A stretch of 64,000 nt of DNA. Origin: Terriglobia bacterium (GTDB lineage Bacteria > Acidobacteriota > Terriglobia > JAJPHL01 > JAPKYU01). Every line of letters starts with the position of its first letter. Position 1 is the first letter of the stretch. Positions 29,383 to 37,988 of the stretch are shown here, in pieces. Location: the NCBI GenBank assembly GCA_965206645.1, contig CBDBKE010000004.1, positions 384,001-448,000 on the forward strand, read 5' to 3'. The notes under the pieces were generated by a model. It did not search any database. It worked only from the letters and a program-made list of their open reading frames with translations, and was not told the origin of the DNA. Both the position numbers and the translations under genes were made by a program.

Positions 29383-30097
29383 CGGTTTCGGCCACCAGAT
29401 TGGTCGCCCGGCGCAGCGACTCGAAAGTGCCGGCGTCGGTCCACCAGCCCTCGAGAAAATCGTAGGTCATCGTGCCCTCCCGGATGTACTGGTTGTTCAC
29501 GTCGGTGATCTCCAGTTCTCCACGGGCCGAAGGTTCTAACTCCCCGATTTTCTCAAAGACCGTCGAATCGTACATGTACACGCCGGTCACCGCGTACCGC
29601 GACTTGGGGAGCCGCGGCTTTTCCTCGATGCCTACCACGCGTCCGTCGCACACTTCAGCCACTCCAAAGCGCTCAGCGTCTTCCACCTCTTTCAGCAGCA
29701 ACCTGGCGCCACACGACTGCTGCAGGAAATCGGCGACCGGTCCGGCGATGTTTCTCTCAATGATGTTGTCGCCCAGGATCACGCAGATGCGATGATCGTC
29801 GGCGAAATGCTGGGCCAGCGACAGCGCCTCCGCGATGCCGCCCTCCCCTTCCTGGTAGGTGTAGTTGACGTGACTCAGCCCGAATTCCTTCCCGTTGGCC
29901 AACAGACGCAGGAAATCACCGGCGTTTTTCCCACCAGTGACCACCAGGATGTCTCGAATCCCTGCGTTCACCAGCGTCTCGATCGGGTAGTAAATCATCG
30001 GTTTGTTGTGCACAGGAAGCAGGTGCTTATTGGTAATCTTGGTGAGCGGATCGAGCCGACTCCCGGTCCCGCCCGCAAGCACTACCCCTTTGAGCAT
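29333..30097 (-). CDS. rmlA: glucose-1-phosphate thymidylyltransferase
   Basis: GVVLAGGTGSRL.PLT, PSARGELEITD and WTDAGT. Confidence 0.93.
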   Translation of the reverse strand: MLKGVVLAGGTGSRLDPLTKITNKHLLPVHNKPMIYYPIETLVNAGIRDILVVTGGKNAGDFLRLLANGKEFGLSHVNYTYQEGEGGIAEALSLAQHFADDHRICVILGDNIIERNIAGPVADFLQQSCGARLLLKEVEDAERFGVAEVCDGRVVGIEEKPRLPKSRYAVTGVYMYDSTVFEKIGELEPSARGELEITDVNNQYIREGTMTYDFLEGWWTDAGTFESLRRATNLVAETGANKTDDVGVASVIRR

Positions 30098-30345
30098 AGG
30101 CGGTAATCCTCCGCTGTCCTGCACCACAAGAAGGGAGTCATGGCGCGCATTCCAGGTTTCAGACGCCACCGGAGAACTCTGAATGGCGAAGGCCCTATTG
30201 GGCAAGACGCCAAGTATACAAGCTTTTCCCGAGCCAGGAAACAGCTTATTGCTCCTGGAGACGAGCGCCTGGGATTGTGAACGTGTGTCTCAGAATGCCC
30301 AGGTGTTACAATACGGGCTCCAATTTACAGAGAAAAACAAACGAT

Positions 30346-30738
30346 ATGCCATGTGAACGCTTCGACTGGCAGACGCTGCCTCGCGAGCAACTCAGTCCGG
30401 GGTTGGCACGGCAGTTCATTTCCGGGGAGAAGGCGACGGTGGCGCTCTTCCGTTTCCGGAAGGGCGGTACCGTGCCAGCTCACTCGCATGAAAATGAACA
30501 GCTGAGTTACGTTCTGGAGGGCTCGCTGCGGTTCCATCTCGAGGACCAGAAGTCGCCGCAAGGCCAGAAACAGGGGGAAGGCGCCCGGGAGCTCGACGTG
30601 CAGGCGGGCCAGGTGCTGCTGATTCCCTCCCACGTCGCCCACAGCGCACTGGCGTTGGAGGACTCGGTGGTGCTGGACATTTTCAGCCCCATCCGCAAGG
30701 ACTGGCTGAGTGGGGCTGACGCCTACCTGCGAGGCTGA
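30346..30738 (+). CDS. cupin-domain protein
   Basis: HSHENEQ..YVLEG and IPSHVAH. Confidence 0.9.
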   Translation: MPCERFDWQTLPREQLSPGLARQFISGEKATVALFRFRKGGTVPAHSHENEQLSYVLEGSLRFHLEDQKSPQGQKQGEGARELDVQAGQVLLIPSHVAHSALALEDSVVLDIFSPIRKDWLSGADAYLRG

Positions 30739-30755
30739 GGCCGCAGCAAACCAGC

Positions 30756-31547
30756 ATGGATTTGGGGATTCGTGACCGGGTAGCCATCGTGGCCGCCTCC
30801 AGCCGCGGCCTGGGCAAAGCCGTCGCAACGGCCTTGGCCGCCGAGGGCGCGCGCGTGGCGATGTGCTCGCGCAATGCCGAGGCCGTCGAGGCCGCCGCCC
30901 GCGACATCGCCAGCCGTCACGGTGTGGAGGTGTTCGCGCGCCCCGTGGATGTAACTCAGCAGGACCGGGTGCGCGAGTTCGTGCGGGAGGTAGCCGAGCA
31001 CTTCGGGCGCATTGACATCTGCGTGACCAATGCCGGCGGACCCCCCGCCAAGACCTTCCTCAATATCAGCCGCGAGGAGTGGTTGGCGGCGGTCGAGCTG
31101 AACCTGATGAGCACCATCTACCTGGCCCGTGAAGTGATTCCGCATATGCAGCGGCAGCAGTGGGGCCGATTGGTCACCATCACTTCGGTGTCGGTCAAGC
31201 AACCGCTGGACAACCTGCTGCTGTCAAATTCGGTGCGGGCGGGTGTGACCGGGCTGGCCAAGACCCTGGCCAACGAGTTTGGTAAGGACAACATCACCGT
31301 CAACAACGTCTGTCCGGGCTACATGCTGACCGACCGGCTGGAGGAGATGTCCGGGGTGCAGGCGCTGGCCGAAGGCATCAGCCGGCAAGACCTCCAGACC
31401 CGCTGGGCCCAGAACGTGCCCGTGAGACGCCTGGGTAAGCCCGAGGAATTTGGGGCGGTGGTGGCGTTCCTTTGCTCTGAACGCGCCAGCTACCTCAGCG
31501 GCGTCAGCGTCCAGATAGACGGGGGCCTCATCAAGGGGTTGTTCTAA
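30756..31547 (+). CDS. SDR family oxidoreductase (3-oxoacyl-ACP reductase-like)
   Basis: MDLGI..RVAIVAASSRGLG, TNAGGPP and LSNSVRAG. Confidence 0.92.
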   Translation: MDLGIRDRVAIVAASSRGLGKAVATALAAEGARVAMCSRNAEAVEAAARDIASRHGVEVFARPVDVTQQDRVREFVREVAEHFGRIDICVTNAGGPPAKTFLNISREEWLAAVELNLMSTIYLAREVIPHMQRQQWGRLVTITSVSVKQPLDNLLLSNSVRAGVTGLAKTLANEFGKDNITVNNVCPGYMLTDRLEEMSGVQALAEGISRQDLQTRWAQNVPVRRLGKPEEFGAVVAFLCSERASYLSGVSVQIDGGLIKGLF

Positions 31548-31629
31548 TTCTCGGAAAGGCAGGACGCCAGTTCGTCCGGACCCTAGATAAAAAACCCAAT
31601 TGGGAACCTAGTCTTTAGGAGGCTTTGAC

Positions 31630-32544
31630 ATGAAACGAGAGATGGTCTTTTTCGCGCTTGTCATCCTCATTGGAGGTTTTGTACATGGGCAGGAGCTGGA
31701 CCCAGCCACACGCTGGGCCACCATTGCATTCAGCGAGTATCGGGTTTCATCCAACATCGTTTACAAAACTGCAAGCGGTCACGACCTCAAGCTCGATGTC
31801 ATCACCGCCGGCAATCCAGAGGAAGTCCGGCCCACCCTCATCTTCATCCACGGAGGCGGCTGGGTGGGATCCAGCAAGGAACAATTCATGTTGTTCCCCC
31901 TCCCCTATCTGGCCCGCGGGATGAATGTGGTCAACGTGCAATACCGCCTGGCACGGATGTCACTGGCGCCGGCGGCGGTCGAAGACTGCCGGTGCGCGCT
32001 GCGCTGGGTCTACCGCAACGCCAAGGAATATGGCTTCGACACATCGAAGCTGGTGATGGCTGGCGAGTCCGCCGGCGGCCACCTCAGCCTGATGACGGGC
32101 ATGCTCGATGCTAGCGCGGGATTCGACAACGAGTGTCCCGCGGAGCAGCCGCCCGGCAATCCTCCGCTGAAGGTTGCGGCCATCGTCAACTATTGCGGAA
32201 TCGCCGACGTCACCAACGTGCTCGAAGGCCCCAGGCGCAAACACTTCGCTGTGCAATGGTTGGGCAGCCAGCCCAACCGGATGGAGCTGGCCCGGCGGCT
32301 CTCCCCAATCTCGCACGTTCGCCGCGGCTTGCCGCCGGTGATTACCGTGCACGGCGCCGCCGACAGCACCGTGCCCTACGAAGACGCAGTCCGGATGCAC
32401 CAGGCGCTGACTCAGGCCGACGTCCCCAACCAGCTCGTCACCATCCCTGGTGGGCAGCACTGGAGATGGCCCCGCGAAGAGTACCTGAAGGCACAGCAGG
32501 CGATCTTCAAGTTCCTGGAACAACACGGAATCTTGTCTCGCTGA
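31630..32544 (+). CDS. secreted alpha/beta hydrolase (esterase)
   Basis: Signal peptide; IHGGGW, GESAGG, HGAADSTVP and GGQH. Confidence 0.92.
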   Translation: MKREMVFFALVILIGGFVHGQELDPATRWATIAFSEYRVSSNIVYKTASGHDLKLDVITAGNPEEVRPTLIFIHGGGWVGSSKEQFMLFPLPYLARGMNVVNVQYRLARMSLAPAAVEDCRCALRWVYRNAKEYGFDTSKLVMAGESAGGHLSLMTGMLDASAGFDNECPAEQPPGNPPLKVAAIVNYCGIADVTNVLEGPRRKHFAVQWLGSQPNRMELARRLSPISHVRRGLPPVITVHGAADSTVPYEDAVRMHQALTQADVPNQLVTIPGGQHWRWPREEYLKAQQAIFKFLEQHGILSR

Positions 32545-32564
32545 AAGACTGGGAGCTACCACGA

Positions 32565-33188
32565 TCACCAATCACTCAAGACCACAACGTGCAGCTCGCC
32601 TGGACCGTGCACACCTATGCTGAGGGTCAGCTCGATATCTGCCGTGCGGCTGGGGCCAGTGACCAGCACCATGGCGCTGGAACGCGTGGCCAGCTCGGGC
32701 TCGAGAGTAAAAAGCTCCGCCAAGCCGGAGACGATGCGCGAGGCCGGCACGAGACAAGCATTGGCCGGCGGCAGCAAGGAAAGCGTGCGCCCTTCACCTT
32801 CAGTGGCGAACAAGACTAGCGTCCCGGTGTCAGCCAGGCCGTAGTCAGCCTGGGTGATCGAGAGCGCGGCATTCTCGGCGGCAAAGCTGCCTTGGGGGTG
32901 AAATCTGGTCCCGTTGAGACCGAGCGATTCCACCGTCGCCCGGCGCGCCACCACCACTTCCTCGCCCTTCTCCAGGGCGAGTTGCTCCAAATGCTGGCGC
33001 GCAGCAGCGGCGTCAGCGGCCACGAAAGTCTTGCACCCGAGCGCCTGCACCTCGTTCAGGAAACCAGCCAGCAGTTCCTCCCGAGTGCGCGCCGGGAAAT
33101 CCAGCAGGACTGGAGGCGCTTCCGGGTCGGCCGGCAGTCGTAGCCTCGCCTGAATCTCCCCCAGAATTTTTTCGCGCGCCGACTTCAT
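32565..33188 (-). CDS. lutC: lactate utilization protein C (LUD domain)
   Basis: LADTGTL, RTLSLLP and TGPSRTADIE...GVHGP. Confidence 0.92.
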   Translation of the reverse strand: MKSAREKILGEIQARLRLPADPEAPPVLLDFPARTREELLAGFLNEVQALGCKTFVAADAAAARQHLEQLALEKGEEVVVARRATVESLGLNGTRFHPQGSFAAENAALSITQADYGLADTGTLVLFATEGEGRTLSLLPPANACLVPASRIVSGLAELFTLEPELATRSSAMVLVTGPSRTADIELTLSIGVHGPGELHVVVLSDW

Positions 33189-33207
33189 GTTTCGCAGACT
33201 TGCTCAG

Positions 33208-33240
33208 GTAGCGGCGGCCTTCAGGCCGCCGTGTGGCTAC
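33208..33240. repeat. single GTAG-type REP copy
   Basis: GTAGCGGCGGCCTTCAGGCCGCC is the exact reverse complement of the right half of the 4807 doublet. Confidence 0.75.
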
Positions 33241-34607
33241 TAGCGCCGTTTGCGCCACCACTGGCGGAAAGAGGACTCCAGGGGCACGGGCAGCTCACGC
33301 GTCTTCTTCCAGGCAGCGGCCGGGCCGAGCGGCAGGGGCGCGAACCGTGCGCCCATCCCTGCCAATTCATACAGGTGGGGCCGTTCCATCACCCACGCCC
33401 AGACGCGGAAAGCCAACTTCTCCAGCCGGTGGCGCTCCGTGGCCGATTCGGTCTCATGGCGCCGCAGGGCCAGCAGTAATTCCGGGATGCGGATCTTCAC
33501 TGGACAGACGTCGCGGCAGGCGCCACACAGCGAGGAGGCGTAAGGCAGCTTGGGTTCGGCGGCCAGGCCGAGAATCTGCGGCGTCAGAATGGCGCCGATG
33601 GGTCCCGAGTACACCCCCGGATACGCGTGCCCGCCGATTTTGCGGTAAACAGGGCAAACATTGAGACAGGCTCCGCAGCGAATGCAGTAGAGCGCCTCGC
33701 GCAGCAGCGGGTCGCCCAGCGCGCGGGTGCGCCCATTGTCCAGCAGGACCAGGTGGAACTCGGCCGGTCCATCCGGCTCCGACGCGCGCCGCGCTCCGCT
33801 CAACACGGAAACGTAGCTGGTCAACTTCTGCCCGGTGCCGCTGCGGGCGATCAGCCGCAGGAACACCGCCAGATCGGCCATGCGCGGAATCACCTTCTCA
33901 ATTCCCATCACCGCCACATGCAGGCGCGGCACCGAGCTGCAGAAGCGGATGTTCCCCTCGTTCTCCACCAGCACCAGGCTGCCGGTTTCAGCCACGGCGA
34001 AATTCGCGCCAGTGACGCCCATCCCGGCCGTCAGAAACTTCTGGCGCAGCATGTTGCGTGCCGCGGCGGTCAACTTGGGAATTTCCTCGGTGCGCGGCAG
34101 CCCCAGCTTTTGCTCGAATAGGTCGGCCACCTCCTTGCGGGTCTTGTGGATGGCTGGGGCAATGATGTGGGAGGGCTTCTCGCCGGCAAGTTGGATGATG
34201 TACTCGCCCAGATCGGTTTCCACTGCCTCGATCCCCTGCCCCGCGAGCGCGTGGTTCAGCTCGATCTCCTCACTCAGCATGGACTTGCTCTTCACCACTT
34301 GTCGGACATGGCGGGCGCGGGCCAGTTCCGTGATGTAGGCGCAGGCTTGCTCTCCGTCGGCAGCCCAAAAAACGTGGCCACCGCGATCCAGCACACGCGC
34401 CTCGAGCTGCTGCAGGTAGTGGGAAAGATTCTCGATGGTGTGGCGTTTGATGGCGTTGGCCTGCTCGCGGAGTTGTTCCCATTCCGGCAAGCCCTGGGCG
34501 GCCCTGTCGCGCAACTCAACGAAGCGGAAGGTGGTCGCCGCCAGAGTGCCCTGCAGGCGTAGGTCGTCGAGGGCAACGTCAATGCGGCGGTCGAAGGAGG
34601 CCCTCAC
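33240..34607 (-). CDS. lutB: lactate utilization Fe-S protein B
   Basis: VKSKSMLSEE, ETDLGEYIIQL, NEGN, CIRCGACLNVCP and CGACRDVCP; the GTG start overlaps the lutA stop. Confidence 0.95.
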   Translation of the reverse strand: MRASFDRRIDVALDDLRLQGTLAATTFRFVELRDRAAQGLPEWEQLREQANAIKRHTIENLSHYLQQLEARVLDRGGHVFWAADGEQACAYITELARARHVRQVVKSKSMLSEEIELNHALAGQGIEAVETDLGEYIIQLAGEKPSHIIAPAIHKTRKEVADLFEQKLGLPRTEEIPKLTAAARNMLRQKFLTAGMGVTGANFAVAETGSLVLVENEGNIRFCSSVPRLHVAVMGIEKVIPRMADLAVFLRLIARSGTGQKLTSYVSVLSGARRASEPDGPAEFHLVLLDNGRTRALGDPLLREALYCIRCGACLNVCPVYRKIGGHAYPGVYSGPIGAILTPQILGLAAEPKLPYASSLCGACRDVCPVKIRIPELLLALRRHETESATERHRLEKLAFRVWAWVMERPHLYELAGMGARFAPLPLGPAAAWKKTRELPVPLESSFRQWWRKRR

Positions 34608-35350
34608 GAGGATGCCCTGGCCGGAGTGGCCAGCACCTCGGCGACGTGCAGGCAGCGCAGTGGCAGGCCCAGCCGGCGCGCCCGTCCCTCCAGGTGCATT
34701 AGACAACCCATGTCACAGGAGACCAGCGTGCTGGCGCCCGAGCGACCCACGGACCGCAGCTTTTCGTCAGCGATAGCGGCCGAGAGCTCGGGGAACTTGG
34801 CCGAGAAGGTGCCGCCAAAGCCGCAGCACTCCTGCGCCTGGTCCAGCTCGCGCAGTTCCAGGCCGCGGACGTTTTCCAGCAGAGCGCGCGGCTGGCGGCT
34901 GACGCGCAATTCACGCAGCAGGTGGCAGCTTTCGTGGTAAGCCACCGCGCCGGCAAAACTCGCCCCCACGTCCTGGCGGCCCAACACCGACACCAGAAAC
35001 TCCGTGAATTCGTAGGTCCGCGCTCCCAGGCGCTCGGCTTCGGCCCGCTCTACGGTTCCTTCAGGGAACAGTTCGGGGAAGCCGTGGCGCACCATGGCCA
35101 CACAGGAGCCGGAAGGCGCCACGATTGTCTCGCTGTCGCGGAAGGCCGCCAGCCACGCCCGGGCCACGCGCCGCGCTTCCTCACGAAAGCCGCTGTTGAA
35201 CGCGGGCTGCCCGCAGCAGGTCTGCGCCGGCGGAAAGTCTACGGCCACGCCGCAGCGTTCCAGCACCGACACCATTCCGCTTCCGACATGCGGAAAAAAT
35301 TGGTCTACCAGGCAGGTGATGAACAGGGAAATTGGGGCCGGAGCCGGCAT
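34604..35350 (-). CDS. lutA: lactate utilization protein A (CCG domains)
   Basis: LFITCLVD, QTCCGQPAFNSG, YHESCH, ECCGFGGTF and DMGCLMH. Confidence 0.95.
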   Translation of the reverse strand: MPAPAPISLFITCLVDQFFPHVGSGMVSVLERCGVAVDFPPAQTCCGQPAFNSGFREEARRVARAWLAAFRDSETIVAPSGSCVAMVRHGFPELFPEGTVERAEAERLGARTYEFTEFLVSVLGRQDVGASFAGAVAYHESCHLLRELRVSRQPRALLENVRGLELRELDQAQECCGFGGTFSAKFPELSAAIADEKLRSVGRSGASTLVSCDMGCLMHLEGRARRLGLPLRCLHVAEVLATPARASS

Positions 35351-35389
35351 CCAGAACGGATTGTAACATGCCGGCCAATTGGTGCTACT

Positions 35390-36022
35390 ATGGGACCCGT
35401 GACAGGAGTGCTGGTTTTGCTGGTGCCAGTGCTCGCGCTGGCGGGTCTGGCAATCTGGTACTGGTCGGTGGCGCAGGCGCGCCGGCACCGCGCGCTGGAA
35501 GTCGTGTCCTGGCTGCAGGGAGGGTTGGCCGGTCGCGGTCGTGTGGCTGGTACACGGTGGCTGACCTCCAACGAGTTGCTGACGCAACTGGATCTAGAGA
35601 GCAATCGGCTCTATACCGCTTCCGCTCACGTCTGCCTGGGAGGACCCAACTCCCCGGATGTCCTGACACTGCGCTGCGACCTGGATTACCCACCGAGCTT
35701 TGCGATCGAAGTAACATCCGAGCGCTGGAAGTTGGTCCCGGCCGACGCCCCTCCCAACTTCGGCGAAGGTCCACGCGTGCAGACCCGGCGCCTGGGGGTG
35801 TACGTGGTCACCGCCGAGCATCGCGTCACGCAGAATTACCGTGAGCTCATGCGTTCTCTGCTGAACTCGCACGCGATTCAGGTGGAGCGATTGCTGCTCA
35901 GTCCTGTGTCGCCGCACCTGGAGCTGAGCCTCAATCTCAACTTTGCCTCGCCGCCCCCGCCAGGGCCGCTATTCCGGTTATTGCAGCGGCTGGCAGAGCT
36001 TACACCGCAATACTCGCGCTAG
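35390..36022 (+). CDS. hypothetical protein with N-terminal TM helix
   Basis: Divergent from lutA; hydrophobic N-terminus; coding-like composition. Confidence 0.6.
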   Translation: MGPVTGVLVLLVPVLALAGLAIWYWSVAQARRHRALEVVSWLQGGLAGRGRVAGTRWLTSNELLTQLDLESNRLYTASAHVCLGGPNSPDVLTLRCDLDYPPSFAIEVTSERWKLVPADAPPNFGEGPRVQTRRLGVYVVTAEHRVTQNYRELMRSLLNSHAIQVERLLLSPVSPHLELSLNLNFASPPPPGPLFRLLQRLAELTPQYSR

Positions 36023-36057
36023 CGTCCCATTTCCGAAAATCGCTTTATAATCCGGTA

Positions 36058-36534
36058 ATGGCTAACGAACTGATCAGCACAGTTGCCGTTTCGACGACGT
36101 TGGGTGCCGCCTTGGTTGCCGGTATCTTCTTCGCCTTCTCAACATTCGTCATGACCGCTCTCAGCCGCCTGCTACCCGAACAAGGGATCGCAGCCATGCA
36201 GTTCATCAACGTGGCGGTACTCAACCCCTGGTTCTTTGCCGTGTTTTTCGGAACGGCGCTGGGCTCGATAGCTCTTGCCCTACTTGGAATCTTTTACTGG
36301 GGTGCACCTGGGTCGACCTATCTGGTCTCCGGCAGCCTACTTTACTTGATCGGCTGTATCTTGGTGACCATCGTGTTCAACGTCCCGCTCAACCATGCAC
36401 TGGCCGCTGTGGAACCGGGCAGCAAAGAGGGTGCTGAAATGTGGACCCGGTACCTCTCCACTTGGACTACATGGAATCACCTTCGAACAGTCGCGTCGCT
36501 GGCGGCCGCTGCATCGCTCGTCATGGCAACTTGA
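36058..36534 (+). CDS. DUF1772 / anthrone oxygenase family membrane protein
   Basis: AGIFFAFSTFVM.AL, AMQ.IN, NVPLN and WTTWNHLR. Confidence 0.9.
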   Translation: MANELISTVAVSTTLGAALVAGIFFAFSTFVMTALSRLLPEQGIAAMQFINVAVLNPWFFAVFFGTALGSIALALLGIFYWGAPGSTYLVSGSLLYLIGCILVTIVFNVPLNHALAAVEPGSKEGAEMWTRYLSTWTTWNHLRTVASLAAAASLVMAT

Positions 36535-37171
36535 TAATCCCACTTTATTCGGCATAACCATCAGATCGTAACAGGCCTGTTAATTTTCGAGTTAAGACAG
36601 GCGGGAAAACGACCGACCCAAACGTAAATTTTGAGGGGATGGGTGGTAGGAATTACCACCATTAGTGTGCTTTTGCTCAGTATTACGGCGAAAGACTGTT
36701 GCTGGGATAGCAACGATCAATCGCTCAGCGCCTCTCTCAGCCGACGACCGGACCGGGGAAGGCCCAGGGCTCGGCCTGGGCGAGTACGTGGCGCACACGG
36801 CGAATCTAGCCCGCGCCGAATGGCGCATCCACGGCGCGCCGCACGTCCTCCGAGCTCCTAGCCGTTCTCCAGCATGTATGGTTCAAGCTTCAGCCATTTG
36901 ATGGATTCTAAGCACTTAAATGGGAATCTTCATTCTCATCATCTGGCACTTCCACGAGAAAACTCTACCAGCAGCAAGATAGAAATACCTACTCGGCTTG
37001 GACTGAAAGCTCTGCGGGAGAGACAGTTCTGCCGAGTCCGGTGCAACTCATGCTCTTTCAGAGACTTGCATTACCGGCCCCTCTAGCGGGACAAGTGGAG
37101 AGTTTAACATCCCGATTCTGGGCCAGGCCTTGCACGAGGCGTGCTTAAGGCCCGTCAGCATTTCTCGGCCG

Positions 37172-37774
37172 TCACTTGGCTTCCGCTGCCAACAGGTTCT
37201 CGAACGCCACCTGCAGCTTTTCGTGACTGCCGATAATCGTGCGGCCCCAGGTGATCATGTGGGAGGGCGCATCTTCCGCTGGGTCGGGCCACCTGGCGGG
37301 CCGGCCGTAGAGAAAGAAGGCGTCCCACTCGACGCGATCGGAGCCGGGACGAGTCACGTGGGAGGCGTACCAGCGGCCCGCGACTTTTTGCGCGTCCCAG
37401 AAGTGGGTCACCCGGGAGTCGGCGAGCCTGTCGGTGGGCCACTCCGAACGGGCATCGGTGGGAATCATGTTGAACCACACGGCATACACCGCAACGTCCA
37501 GCTTGGGATTTTTCTCCAGGATCTTTTTCTGCACCCACCGGGTGCCGGCCGTGCAGACGGGTCACGTGGGAGAAAGCAGCAGCACAATGCGGATCTTCCC
37601 CTCGTCGCGGTTGAAGGTGGCCTGAAGATCCTCGACCCGCGCCAGGGTGTTCAGCCGCGTATCCTCCGCGGCCCAGAGGTCGCGAACCGGCGGCAACGAA
37701 GACAGAAGAGAGATGGCAACCAGCACGAAGGTCCAGGGACGGCCGTGGCGCATGTTTCGGGCTTTGTTCATCAT
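37172..37774 (-). CDS. exported thioredoxin-fold selenoprotein candidate (SPT-U-PVC, UxxC), ~200 aa
   Basis: ORFs 37562..37801 and 37172..37534 are in one frame, separated only by TGA at 37562-37564: RIVLLLSPT-TGA-PVCTAGTRWVQ; signal peptide; GGAGAG before ATG 37774. Confidence 0.8.
37531..37545 (-). promoter_or_regulatory. putative bacterial SECIS hairpin
   Basis: GCACCC-GGT-GGGTGC stem begins 16 nt after the UGA, with G as the first loop base. Confidence 0.6.
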
Positions 37775-37988
37775 GGTTCTCTCCATCTTGGTTCTCTGCA
37801 ACGCGTCCGATGCACGGTAAGAGTCCCCTTATCCCCTCTTCCGGGTAGTTTCCCACCTATCCAGGCGGGTCAGGCCGCCTCCTCAACCATGCTCCGCAAC
37901 TTCGTGCCCTTGTACTTGCCCCAGCACGTGGGACATGGCCCGTACTTCTCAGCCTGGGGTGGCGGCGATTCCCGCTACGATGAATGAG

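Noticed and set aside
36540-37150. 600-bp gap as an ncRNA or riboswitch
   Set aside because: No recognisable motif; looks like decayed accessory sequence, though an Rfam search was not possible
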